Source: an uncultured Spirochaetota bacterium
GTDB taxonomy: Bacteria; Spirochaetota; UBA4802; UBA5550
Direction: 5' to 3'
Assembly (NCBI GenBank): GCA_942491575.1
Contig: CALOBT010000025.1
Location: 1,664,299-1,728,298 of the forward strand
Length of the DNA stretch: 64,000 bases
Shown here: one piece after another, positions 9,355 through 18,834 of the stretch
Layout: each line of letters begins with the position of its first letter
Numbering within the stretch: position 1 is the first letter of the stretch
Position numbers and translations under genes: made by a program
The notes under the pieces: model-generated
Seen by the model: the letters and a program-made list of their open reading frames with translations, nothing else
Databases searched by the model: none
What the model was told of the DNA's origin: nothing

Positions 9355-9894
9355 ATGACATCATTTGCAGTACTGACCGCCCTTGGAGCCGACAGACCCG
9401 GACTCATCGATGAAATAAGTTCTTTTTTATCAGAAAAAAATATCAATATTGAAGACAGCCGCATGGCGGTACTCGGCGGTGAATTCGCAATAATCCTCCT
9501 CGCCTCCGGCGAAGGAGACCTTGTTAATATCCTGAGACAGGATACTGATAAACTGGAGGCACTGACCAAACTTGATATATTCATAAAATCCACCATCTCC
9601 CCGAAGGAAAGATCAATAGAGCCTTCACTTCCCCATCGCATCAGCATCACCAGTCTTGATCATCCGGGACTTGTCCATGACGTAACAAAATTTCTCCATC
9701 AGTACAATATCAATATCGAAACCATGGATACCCATGTGAAAAATGCACCCATCAGCGGTACTCCAATTTTTAACATGCAGTGTCTCATAAACGTACCGGT
9801 AAAAGTTAGGTTATCCGAAATAAAGGATGGCCTCAAGGAGCTGGAACACCGCCTTGATGTCGACATCGATTTTGAACCGGTAGACACCATGTAA
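9355..9894 (+). CDS. Tandem ACT-domain protein (GcvR-like regulatory protein family)
   Basis: Two ACT-like halves: VLTALGADRPGLIDEISSFLSEKNINIEDSRM and ISITSLDHPGLVHDVTKFLHQYNINIETMD. Confidence 0.7.
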   Translation: MTSFAVLTALGADRPGLIDEISSFLSEKNINIEDSRMAVLGGEFAIILLASGEGDLVNILRQDTDKLEALTKLDIFIKSTISPKERSIEPSLPHRISITSLDHPGLVHDVTKFLHQYNINIETMDTHVKNAPISGTPIFNMQCLINVPVKVRLSEIKDGLKELEHRLDVDIDFEPVDTM

Positions 9895-9907
9895 CCGCAG
9901 ACTGATC

Positions 9908-10612
9908 ATGTCATTGCCCGTATCAGAAAGCAACGTCGCTGTCATTATTATCTCTGCAGATACCGAATGGAAGATTATCAAAAAAATACTACCTTCTTCT
10001 ACTGAGTATAATCCATCCCCCTTCGGGGAATGGTGCAGATATCAGCTCCCCGAAAAAAGAGATGATCCGACAGTGGCAATTTTGCTTCACGGGGGATGGG
10101 GCAAAATTGATGCCGCAGCCTCTGCCCAGTATGCAATCGACCGGTGGCGTCCGGACAGGATAATAAATATCGGCACTGCCGGGGGTTTCCCCGACAAAAG
10201 CCACCAGGGGAAAATCTATCTCGTAGAAAAAGCCGTAACCTATGACATTCATGAAAAGATGGGAGACTCTGATGAAGCAATAAAATATTACTCTTCTGAG
10301 GTCCCAATTCCTGAGGGGCTCGAAGAAAAAAATTTTCCCCTGATAACTATAGCGTCGGGAGACCAGGATCTCTCACCGGAAAAAATCCCTCACCTTGTGG
10401 ATCGATTTGATGCTACTGCGGGAGACTGGGAATCAAGCGCCATTGCACATGTGGCAAAAAAAAACAGCGTCACATGCCACATCATCCATGGCATATCGGA
10501 CATCGTATATCCGGAGGGAAGCCATGCCTATGGCAACCTTTCCGGCTACGAAAGGGAAACGGAAAAAATCATGGTAAAACTTTTTAATTTGCTTCCTGAA
10601 ATTCTTTTCTGA
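9908..10612 (+). CDS. PNP_UDP_1 family nucleosidase (MTA/SAH nucleosidase or futalosine/aminofutalosine hydrolase-like)
   Basis: HGGWGKIDAAASAQYAI, INIGTAGGF, IASGDQ and AGDWESSAIAHVA follow the MTAN/MqnB pattern. Futalosine genes are nearby. Confidence 0.6.
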   Translation: MSLPVSESNVAVIIISADTEWKIIKKILPSSTEYNPSPFGEWCRYQLPEKRDDPTVAILLHGGWGKIDAAASAQYAIDRWRPDRIINIGTAGGFPDKSHQGKIYLVEKAVTYDIHEKMGDSDEAIKYYSSEVPIPEGLEEKNFPLITIASGDQDLSPEKIPHLVDRFDATAGDWESSAIAHVAKKNSVTCHIIHGISDIVYPEGSHAYGNLSGYERETEKIMVKLFNLLPEILF

Positions 10613-10680
10613 AAGCGACATTGGCAATGTCGCTTTCAGAATAAACAATGTCGCTTTCAGAATAAACAGTGTCCCCTTCA
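10611..10680. repeat. Inverted repeat followed by 21-nt tandem direct repeats (2 perfect and 1 degenerate copy)
   Basis: The left arm gaaagcgacat (10611-21) is the reverse complement of atgtcgctttc. The unit atgtcgctttcagaataaaca occurs at 10627-47 and identically at 10648-68; a degenerate third copy starts at 10669. Confidence 0.8.
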
Positions 10681-10751
10681 AAAATATAATCCTGAAATTT
10701 TTGAATAACTCTCAATAAGTTGCTATCTTCATTTTACGGGGGTTGATCACA

Positions 10752-11153
10752 ATGAAAATCTTTCAACACCGTATAGATGCTGACGAAGAGGCAAAAACCA
10801 GAGGAAATGAAATTGCCCGACGCAACGGTCTCCCATCAACAGTCAAAGAACTTCCCCCGAATAAACACTCCTGGAGCCACATCTGCACCTTCACCAGAAC
10901 TCTTGGTTACCGTAGAGTATATGACAGCTTGGATACCTATAAGCTGGGCAAAACCGAGGTAAATCTCCTGAGAAGGGCCTGCGCACGGCTTGGTATAATT
11001 CCGGTTTTCAGGGGCGATTACATTACATTTGATTCATTACCACGTAGAAATATAGTAGTGGAAGAGTTTACCGGGAGCAGTTTCCGCAACGGAATAAAAA
11101 CCATAACAAAACATCTCTATTTCGACGTTGAAGACTATGTCTCTCTTGAATAA
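10752..11153 (+). CDS. Hypothetical protein
   Basis: ORF with ATG at 10752 (the track start 10743 is TTG). No motif recognised. Confidence 0.4.
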   Translation: MKIFQHRIDADEEAKTRGNEIARRNGLPSTVKELPPNKHSWSHICTFTRTLGYRRVYDSLDTYKLGKTEVNLLRRACARLGIIPVFRGDYITFDSLPRRNIVVEEFTGSSFRNGIKTITKHLYFDVEDYVSLE

Positions 11154-11359
11154 TTTACCAGGGATAAAGGCGGTTAAAACTTCCCCCTTTTTAAGATAGT
11201 AACTCAAATCACCTGAGAGCATCCCGGATTCCACTTAATATTTAATTTATTCATGTCCCTTCGAAATTCTTCAACTTTTCATGGAAATGAACCTTTGGAG
11301 CCAGTATATTTTAAACAGAAGAATTGTGGTTTTCCTTAAATAACGCAGGGGATAATATA

Positions 11360-11935
11360 ATGAAAGGACATGCAGGTTCCCTGTTTTCAATAATGTTCTG
11401 TGTTGCCCTGGGATGTTCCAGCGAGCAAATAGATCTTAGCGGAAGCAGCACTCCGGCTAAAACTCTGCCGAAGAAAGAGACCCCGATTACCGGCACCGCA
11501 TTTCGTAATGCCCAGCTCAAAAATGCCGACTTTTCCTATACGATGATGCAGAGAGAAGACTTCAGCGGCTCCAATCTCGCGGGGGCTCTCTTCTCCAGTG
11601 CTGATCTTCGGGAGGCAAATCTGAGCGGCACCGATTTAACGGGAGCAAACTTTACCGGGGCAGATCTTACAGGAGCCCGTCTAACGGGGGCAAAACTGAA
11701 GGGAGCGGATTTTACCGGGGCCAACCTTATGGGAGCGGAATTGCGTGCTGCGGACTGTACTGACACAATTTTCGCCAACACAAATCTAAGGCAGGCAGAT
11801 CTCAGCTTTGCCACAATGGAGAATGTCTACCTGGGTGGCGCCGATCTGAGGGGAGCTACCATCAGTAAAAAATGGCGCAACATTATTGAGATGAAGGGTG
11901 TCAGGTCTGGAAACAGGATTATCTGGGTAGAGTAA
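11360..11935 (+). CDS. Pentapeptide-repeat lipoprotein
   Basis: MKGHAGSLFSIMFCVALGCSS (lipobox), then long A(D/N)LxG-type pentapeptide runs (ANLSGTDLTGANFTGADLTGARLTGAKLKGADFTGANLMGAEL). Confidence 0.8.
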   Translation: MKGHAGSLFSIMFCVALGCSSEQIDLSGSSTPAKTLPKKETPITGTAFRNAQLKNADFSYTMMQREDFSGSNLAGALFSSADLREANLSGTDLTGANFTGADLTGARLTGAKLKGADFTGANLMGAELRAADCTDTIFANTNLRQADLSFATMENVYLGGADLRGATISKKWRNIIEMKGVRSGNRIIWVE

Positions 11936-12604
11936 TCAGGTACTCCAGTTAAGAATTTCCCAGGATAATTTCTCCGCTTCCCTCTGCAGCCGGGGTGAGG
12001 GTGTTACGCAACGGGGATTTCCCACTGCGCCGAGGATAAACCGGTCCGCCCATGCATCCCCATAGTACCATGCATTTTCCAGGGAGTATCCGTTTTCACG
12101 GCAGTACTCTTCTGCACGAATCAACTTTTCCTCTCCATGGCAGTAACGACGGGAAAGTTTTCCCGTAAGGACGCCGTCTATGACTTCCAACTCCGTGCAG
12201 AGGACACCATCCATTTCAAGATACTCCGCAATTCGGGAACAGACAAAATCAGTTGAAGCTGACAGGAGTACGGTTTTTCCACCCCGACTACGATGCATCT
12301 CCAGTTCACGTACCGCATCAGGGCGAATGTCATTTTTCAGATAATCATTAAAAAGAACAGTATTATGATCAAGGGTCTCCTCAAGGGTGGCCCCCCTGTA
12401 CATCCCGACAATTATTTCCATGGCCCGATAAGAACTGATCAGACCCAGACGGTATGGAATAACGGCACGGAGAAAGCGTAAACTGTGGGAAGGTTTCAGC
12501 AATTTCCTGTCTTTCATTGCACGCACCATGTGCACCCCGCTTGATGTATTCAGGATAGTCTCATCAAGGTCAAAAAATGCGATGTATGACGGATTGTTAT
12601 TCAA
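11936..12604 (-). CDS. HAD-IB family hydrolase (SerB-like phosphatase family)
   Basis: DxDxT motif in IAFFDLDETIL, TVLLSASTD (motif II), YGDAWADRF (motif IV). Confidence 0.7.
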   Translation of the reverse strand: MNNNPSYIAFFDLDETILNTSSGVHMVRAMKDRKLLKPSHSLRFLRAVIPYRLGLISSYRAMEIIVGMYRGATLEETLDHNTVLFNDYLKNDIRPDAVRELEMHRSRGGKTVLLSASTDFVCSRIAEYLEMDGVLCTELEVIDGVLTGKLSRRYCHGEEKLIRAEEYCRENGYSLENAWYYGDAWADRFILGAVGNPRCVTPSPRLQREAEKLSWEILNWST

Positions 12605-12663
12605 GCTTCACTCCTGCTCTCAGACAAATAAAATCTCTTCATCTCATACCATCCCCATATTTA

Positions 12664-13617
12664 TTATTTAAAGACGTCCTCTTGTCTATCCATAATTATA
12701 CTATCAAGAATTTCATGGACGGCTTCAACAGTTGGAGCGGTGACGAGTTTTTTGCGGATGCTCGAGGCATCGCGAAAGCCGTGAAAATATTTTGCCATGT
12801 GCTTCCGCATCAGCATAAGTCCCCAGTCTCCGTAATACTCAATATTCATTCGGAGCTGTTCCTTGACGGTGGCTATCCTCTCTTCAACAGTCGGTTCATG
12901 TCCGGAAAAAATCCACGGATTCCCGAAGGCGGCACGTCCGATCATCACGGCAGTACAGCCCCCCTGGTTAAGGCGCTGCATTGCCTCTGCATGGTTTTCT
13001 ATGTCGCCGTTCCCGACAACGGGAAGTTCAGTCATGGCTGCAATTTCTTCTATGGCATCCCAGTCAGCCTCGCCGCTGTAGCCCTGAGCCTTTGTTCTTC
13101 CATGTACCGCAATGAGAGTGATCCCGGAATCCTCGAGGCGGCGAACCACATCCCGGTAGGTCAGTTCATTGGCATCCCAGCCGAGACGGATTTTTGCCGT
13201 TACCGGAACTGAGACACGTTTTATCACCGCCTCCGCAATGGCACCCGCCTTCTCCGGCTCTCGGAGCAGGGCCGACCCGGAGCCGACTCCCGCCTTCACT
13301 ACCTTTGTGGCGGGACATCCCATATTGATATCGATAAATTCAGGCTTATGGCCTTCAACAATTCCCGCAGCTTCCGCCATCAGGTCTGGATCGCTGCCAA
13401 AGATCTGTATCCCCAGTGGGTGTTCATCATCGGCGCTTTTCAGCAGATTCACGGTTTTCAGATTATTTCGAACGATCCCCATGGCACTGATCAGTTCCGT
13501 CACCACGAAGCCGGCGCCGTTTTTGAGGGCAATACGTCTGAAGGGTGAATCAGAGTACCCCGCAACAGGGGCCAGAACAAGTTCATTTTTTATTGTACAA
13601 CTTCCGAAGGTAAACAT
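12664..13617 (-). CDS. tRNA-dihydrouridine synthase
   Basis: LAPVAGYSDSPFRR, IDINMGCPATKVVK (catalytic Cys), AVHGRT. Confidence 0.9.
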   Translation of the reverse strand: MFTFGSCTIKNELVLAPVAGYSDSPFRRIALKNGAGFVVTELISAMGIVRNNLKTVNLLKSADDEHPLGIQIFGSDPDLMAEAAGIVEGHKPEFIDINMGCPATKVVKAGVGSGSALLREPEKAGAIAEAVIKRVSVPVTAKIRLGWDANELTYRDVVRRLEDSGITLIAVHGRTKAQGYSGEADWDAIEEIAAMTELPVVGNGDIENHAEAMQRLNQGGCTAVMIGRAAFGNPWIFSGHEPTVEERIATVKEQLRMNIEYYGDWGLMLMRKHMAKYFHGFRDASSIRKKLVTAPTVEAVHEILDSIIMDRQEDVFK

Positions 13618-13628
13618 ACTGCGACCTG

Positions 13629-14366
13629 TTATTCTTCCTCTGACAAATCAACAGTTCTGGTAGCTGTAATCATCGAAGCTATGCCAAAGGTTTTCTTTTT
13701 GATTTCAACTTCCCCAAATCCCGCCGTCTTCAGCATGTCAGAGAGATGATCCGGATCAAGGAAGGTCGCAATAGTGGAAGCAAGATAACGGTATGCCTGT
13801 TTCCTTCCGGAGAAGAGCCCTCCCATCCGTGGAAGAAAAAATGAAAGATAAAATTTATAGAACAACCCGACCAGGGGATTGGCAGGCCTGGTCAGTTCAA
13901 GAATCCTGAAGGTGCCCCCATCCTTAAGGACCCGGAAGGATTCATTCATCAGATTCTGCAGGTCAGGGATATTTCGTATCCCGAAGGCAATGGTCACCAT
14001 AGTAAAGGAAGTGTCCCGGCATGGAAGTTTCGATGCATCACCGGCAAGGGCCATATCATCAAGCCACTTTTTCTCTTTCCCCTTCTCCAGCATGGGGAGG
14101 CAAAAATCCAGTGAATAGACCTTTGCCCCGGCTCCGCGAAGCTGTCTGGAAAGATCCCCGGTTCCGCAGCAGAGATCAAGCACCGGCTTGCCCTCAAGAT
14201 CACCGGAGGAAGAGACTAGATAGCGGCGCCACCGGCGATCGATACCTGCGGAGAGGAGACGGTTCAACAGGTCATAGGTGGGGACAATATCATCGAAAAT
14301 TTCCCGGATAAATTCCTTCCTGCCGGAGGCGTCTCCCTTTTCCTGTTTATAGTTGAGATCACTCAT
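13629..14366 (-). CDS. ubiE: Demethylmenaquinone / ubiquinone C-methyltransferase
   Basis: VPTYDLLNRLLSAGIDRRWRR and the SAM motif VLDLCCGTGDL. Its start overlaps the mqnC stop (TAATG at 14364-14368). Confidence 0.9.
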   Translation of the reverse strand: MSDLNYKQEKGDASGRKEFIREIFDDIVPTYDLLNRLLSAGIDRRWRRYLVSSSGDLEGKPVLDLCCGTGDLSRQLRGAGAKVYSLDFCLPMLEKGKEKKWLDDMALAGDASKLPCRDTSFTMVTIAFGIRNIPDLQNLMNESFRVLKDGGTFRILELTRPANPLVGLFYKFYLSFFLPRMGGLFSGRKQAYRYLASTIATFLDPDHLSDMLKTAGFGEVEIKKKTFGIASMITATRTVDLSEEE

Positions 14367-15424
14367 TAAAATTCCTGTAAAATATTATATTCAGAATCGC
14401 GCTGTACCGGGATGTATCCCGCATTGCGGATAAGGTCAATCATTTCATCCATGGTGGTACTGGTTTCAATCCCTGTTGCCTTGACGACAATTTCTTCAGT
14501 AAGGACTCCACCCATATCGTTGGCCCCCATTGCAAGGGCAACCTGGGCCAGTTTCATCCCCTCGGTAAGCCATCCCGCCTGGATATAACGGACATTGTCC
14601 AGATAGATACGGGCAATGGCAACAATCCTCAGGTAATCGAGACCCGTTGCGGGGACCACATCTTCCATCTCTGTATTGCGCGGTGAAAAAGACCAGGGTA
14701 TGAAGGCACGGATAACACCGGTTTCATCCTGGATATCCCTTACGACACGAAGATGTTCAATCCGTTCTTCAAGTGTCTCCCCCATACCGTAGGTCATGGT
14801 GGCGCTCGATTTCATTTCATTTTCGGCAAGGGCCCGCATGACATTGCACCAGTCGTCAACACTGATTTTATTAGGACTTACCGCTTCGCGGATGCGGTCG
14901 ACCAGCAGGTCAGATGCACCGGGTACCGAGTTGAGTCCTGCTGCCTTCAGCCGCGCCAGTACGTCTGTTTCAGTAAGGCTGCTTTTATCTGCCATATGAA
15001 CGATTTCAGCGGGAGAAAAAGAATGCAGATAAATATCAGGAAAGACGCTGCGTACCGCCGACACCATGGCAATATAATCATCAAGGGAATACTGTGGATG
15101 AATGCCCCCCTGGAGCATTACCTGGGTGCCACCGGCGTCAACCAGTTCCCGGACCTTTTCAATAATCTGGTGGTGATCAAGTTCAAAGGCCTCGATTTTC
15201 CCAGCACGTGCATGGTAGGCGCAGAAGCGACACCGGGCTTCACAAAGATTGGTAAAGTTAACTATCCGGTCGAGAATAAATCCAACCCTGTCATCTCCGT
15301 AGCGTGCAATGAGACATTCATTGGCTGCATGCCCCAGGTCAAGGAGGTCCCAGCTGAAGAGCTCAAGTGCCTCTTCTGAAGAGATCCGGTGCCCCGACAT
15401 TATTTTTGTTCGCAAATCTTTCAT
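14366..15424 (-). CDS. mqnC: Radical SAM cyclic dehypoxanthine futalosine synthase
   Basis: CEARCRFCAY (CxxxCxxC), GGTQVMLQGGIHP, GMGETLEERIEHLRVVRDIQDETGVIRAFIPWSF. The MqnC-versus-MqnE assignment rests on recalled signature blocks and is less certain than the family call. Confidence 0.75.
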   Translation of the reverse strand: MKDLRTKIMSGHRISSEEALELFSWDLLDLGHAANECLIARYGDDRVGFILDRIVNFTNLCEARCRFCAYHARAGKIEAFELDHHQIIEKVRELVDAGGTQVMLQGGIHPQYSLDDYIAMVSAVRSVFPDIYLHSFSPAEIVHMADKSSLTETDVLARLKAAGLNSVPGASDLLVDRIREAVSPNKISVDDWCNVMRALAENEMKSSATMTYGMGETLEERIEHLRVVRDIQDETGVIRAFIPWSFSPRNTEMEDVVPATGLDYLRIVAIARIYLDNVRYIQAGWLTEGMKLAQVALAMGANDMGGVLTEEIVVKATGIETSTTMDEMIDLIRNAGYIPVQRDSEYNILQEF

Positions 15425-15590
15425 AGGTATCCATTCACCAGTATAAAGCCATTATGACAAGAAAAAAATATGAGTACAGCTATATCGAACAAAAGATTGA
15501 TTTTTAAAAAATCCTTGCATATATGAAAAATTCAATAAAAAGATACGATATAATAATTCTTTTCACCTTCTCAAACAGGGGACATAAAAC

Positions 15591-16775
15591 ATGATAAACG
15601 CTGATGAACATGTAAATAGGATAAAATTACTGCAGAAAAAAACAGGTGAACAGCAGCTTGATGCTTTCCTTGTCACCGACCAGGAAAGCATTTATTACCT
15701 GACCGGGGCCTCCTACATCCCCTTTGAAAGGCCATTTGTTGTTATAGCCTGGCCGGAGGATCCCCCCACCCTGTTAGTCCCCATTATGGAGGAGAAACAC
15801 CTCGCGGACAAGCCGGGTATCGGAGAAATTATTACCTACTGGGATTATCCCTCAAAAAGCGGAGAGAACTGGTTCGACAGGCTGAAAGAAATTCTCGGGA
15901 AGAGTTCTTTTATTGGGGTGGAGCCCTCAATGATTATGGAATTACACAACCAGCTCCAAAATTACCAGGTAAAAACCATTCCCCTCATCGAAGAGATGAG
16001 AATGATAAAATCTCCCACTGAGATTCAAATGCTCCGTACCGCATCACACTACTCCGACATGGGAATGGCGAAAATCCTATCCGACTCATATTACGGGACA
16101 ACTGTGCTTGAGACATTCACCCATGGAAGAACAATCCAGACAAAACTTATCAGCGAAACCGACTTCCAGCCGATGGCCTCCAGTGTACTCACGGTAGCCC
16201 TTCCGGCTCCCTTCAGCGGAAATCCCCACGGCATACCCCCTATTGATGCAAGGCTGAATAAAGGTCCCCACGCTGCAGCCAGTGTAATGAGGGTAAACGG
16301 TTACACTTCCGAATGTGAAAGATCATATTTCCACGGTGAACCTGATGAAAAAAGAAAAAATGCCTTCAGGGCAATGCTCGATGCACGGGAATCTGCCTTC
16401 TCATTGATCCGGGACGGGGCATCATGTTCCGACATTGATGCCGCTGCAAATGGATTCCTGAAGGAGCAGGGATATGGGGACTTCCTTTTACATAGAACTG
16501 GCCATGGCCTTGGCCAGGGCAACCATGAAGGCCCCTGGATTTCAGAGGGAAGTAACGAAATCCTCAGGGAGAACATGGTCATCAGTGTAGAGCCCGGAAT
16601 CTATATGCCCGACATCGGAGGATTCCGCCATTCCGATACCGTCCTTGTGACAAAAGATGGTTACGAATGCCTGACAAAATATCCCGTAGATATCGAATCC
16701 CTTATTATCAGGCCGAGAAAGGCCTTTAAAAAAATTAAAGGGAAAATTATCAGAAAAATGGCCGGGATAGAATAA
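15591..16775 (+). CDS. M24 family metallopeptidase (Xaa-Pro dipeptidase/aminopeptidase type)
   Basis: HRTGHGLGQGNHEGP, ISVEPGIY, FRHSDTVLVT (pita-bread metal ligands). Confidence 0.85.
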   Translation: MINADEHVNRIKLLQKKTGEQQLDAFLVTDQESIYYLTGASYIPFERPFVVIAWPEDPPTLLVPIMEEKHLADKPGIGEIITYWDYPSKSGENWFDRLKEILGKSSFIGVEPSMIMELHNQLQNYQVKTIPLIEEMRMIKSPTEIQMLRTASHYSDMGMAKILSDSYYGTTVLETFTHGRTIQTKLISETDFQPMASSVLTVALPAPFSGNPHGIPPIDARLNKGPHAAASVMRVNGYTSECERSYFHGEPDEKRKNAFRAMLDARESAFSLIRDGASCSDIDAAANGFLKEQGYGDFLLHRTGHGLGQGNHEGPWISEGSNEILRENMVISVEPGIYMPDIGGFRHSDTVLVTKDGYECLTKYPVDIESLIIRPRKAFKKIKGKIIRKMAGIE

Positions 16776-16987
16776 ATTGTTTCTTTCTGTAAAGCAAGGA
16801 TCAATTCAACGACTCTCAATTTTCAAAGACAATGGAGATACTATTCATCTTTTTGCGAGGTGAGCTTCCTGAATGCATTTATTCCATGCTTTAATTAATT
16901 CACGCTCCACTTTAAAATAACTATTGAAAAATTCCTTCATTCATTTAGTCTGGCAAAAAAAGAACTTTTTTATGCAAAGGTTACAGT

Positions 16988-18559
16988 ATGTTTTTTAATA
17001 AAGTTTTCCAATCAATTCTTGATCCCTATAAGAACAGTTCCTATCTTGAAAAAAAACAGGTCCAGACACTTTCCCTTTTTCTGTTTTCAGCACTACCCTT
17101 TATGATTCTCATGTTCCTTGCTTTTGTTTTTATATTTCCCCTGGAAGAACTGCCCGTGCAGGGGACAATGGTAGCCACCGTGTTCACTCTGGCGGTGACA
17201 TCTCTCCTGCTGATAAAAAGGGGTCGTTATACTTTTTCTGCAAACATGGTTACCCTCGCCTTTGCAGTCCTTGCCACGACAGGCCTGCTGCGGCAGATTT
17301 GGTCAGGACCAAATTTCGGATATACCTCTTATATCTATTTTTTCGGAATGATAATTGTAATGAGCGCCCTGTTCTGCAGGCCAGCTATTATCTATATTGT
17401 ATCCTTTTCTTTTATTAGCGCTGATATCTTTTTTTTCATAATGGCATTTGAAAAAATGCACCCCCTCTACCAGGCGACAGCCCAGTACGGCGTTGTAGAC
17501 AGCTGCGTGGGACTTTTCTTTACCTTTCTGCTTTCATTGCGAATTCAAAAAATTAACCGAAATGCGGTTAACCGCGCCGAGAAGGAATCTGAAGAAAACA
17601 AAAAAAACTTCTTTCAGATCAATGAACTTTTTACATCAATCAGCGATACCTCTGATCACCTGTCCGGTTCTTCTGATATTCTGCTGAAGTCGACCTCCCA
17701 CTTTTCGGACAACATCCGCAGCCAGGCAGCTTCCGCCGAAGAGATTACTGCCACCATCGAGGAGATCTCAGCCAGCATTGACAGAAATGCAGAGGGTATA
17801 TCCAACCAGAACGAAAGCATTACTACCCTTATAGACCGGCTTGAGAACCTCTCCAACAGTCTTGCCACCATGGATATGGATGTTACACGAACTAAAAATA
17901 TGGCATCTTCCATAGCGGAGCTTGCTGAGACAGGTGACAAAAATTTAACTGACATGAATTCCATAATGAAAAACATAATGGACGGCTCAGCCCGGATGAA
18001 TGACATTCTCGGCATTATAAAAAATATTGCGGACCAGACGAACCTCCTCTCCCTGAATGCCGCCATTGAGGCGGCCCGTGCCGGGGATGCCGGTAAGGGT
18101 TTTGCCGTGGTTGCCGATGAGATCACTAAGCTGGCAGACCAGACGGGACAGAGCCTTGGCGAGATTGGCAGCATCATCAATCAAAACCTTCAGGATATAC
18201 AGAAGGGGAACCTCACCATGGACCAGACCGTATCGGCCCTGAGTGAGATAGTTACAAGTATAAACGAAATAGACGGCATGACGAATCAGCTCCTGACCAA
18301 TATGAACAATCAGCAAATGATAAACAATGAAGTAAACAGCAATGCCACCATGGTTAAATCGAGGGCAGACGAAATTCTCCAGGCCATGGAAGAACAGAAA
18401 AATGCCACCAGTGAGATAGTAAAATCAGTATCCTCCGTTAACGAACTGACCCAGGCCAACTCGGAAGAAACGGAAAACCTCCTGCAGCATGTAGAGGACA
18501 TCGAAGGGATGTCAGACAGACTCAGACAGCAGGTTGAAAAACAGAGCAGGGATGAATAA
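16988..18559 (+). CDS. Methyl-accepting chemotaxis protein with a polytopic membrane N-terminal domain
   Basis: Highly conserved signalling hairpin [34 protein letters not shown]. About 190 N-terminal residues are hydrophobic helices. Confidence 0.9.
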   Translation: MFFNKVFQSILDPYKNSSYLEKKQVQTLSLFLFSALPFMILMFLAFVFIFPLEELPVQGTMVATVFTLAVTSLLLIKRGRYTFSANMVTLAFAVLATTGLLRQIWSGPNFGYTSYIYFFGMIIVMSALFCRPAIIYIVSFSFISADIFFFIMAFEKMHPLYQATAQYGVVDSCVGLFFTFLLSLRIQKINRNAVNRAEKESEENKKNFFQINELFTSISDTSDHLSGSSDILLKSTSHFSDNIRSQAASAEEITATIEEISASIDRNAEGISNQNESITTLIDRLENLSNSLATMDMDVTRTKNMASSIAELAETGDKNLTDMNSIMKNIMDGSARMNDILGIIKNIADQTNLLSLNAAIEAARAGDAGKGFAVVADEITKLADQTGQSLGEIGSIINQNLQDIQKGNLTMDQTVSALSEIVTSINEIDGMTNQLLTNMNNQQMINNEVNSNATMVKSRADEILQAMEEQKNATSEIVKSVSSVNELTQANSEETENLLQHVEDIEGMSDRLRQQVEKQSRDE

Positions 18560-18644
18560 TATTTCATCCAAACAATCAACAGCACATTAACGGTGTTCAC
18601 CTTATGTTCATTATTGTCTTGACGGAATCAGGTGAAAGTTATCT

Positions 18645-18673
18645 TTGACACTCCTATTTAAATAACATATAAT
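18645..18673 (+). promoter_or_regulatory. Consensus sigma70-type promoter (TTGACA-17 nt-TATAAT)
   Basis: TTGACA 18645-50, exact 17-nt spacer, TATAAT 18668-73, lying 162 nt upstream of ATG 18835. Confidence 0.7.
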
Positions 18674-18834
18674 GAATGCGTACAGGCATTCAATACCGGT
18701 TACAGATAGACCATCATTTGCCTCTCTCCATAAATAAAATCAGGGAATACATTTGAAGCAATGATAGCCGGTTCATGCATGGGACAACCTGCCTGGATCA
18801 GGACTTCCCATGCATCCATTCGTGAGGAGAAATT

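Noticed and set aside
10611-10680. Short repeats examined as a possible CRISPR array.
   Set aside because: There are only about 2.5 directly abutting 21-nt units with no spacers and no cas genes. It is a tandem repeat plus inverted repeat, not CRISPR.
11536-11814. Minus-strand ORF with APVKSAPV-type repeats.
   Set aside because: It is a mirror-image artefact of the pentapeptide-repeat gene on the plus strand.
12577-13212. 211-aa plus-strand ORF. The same applies to 13169-13663, 14753-15379, 8141-8686 and 41275-41859.
   Set aside because: These are antisense or out-of-frame shadows of well-supported genes (dus, ubiE, mqnC, ribBA, pyrD), with no motifs and low-complexity composition.
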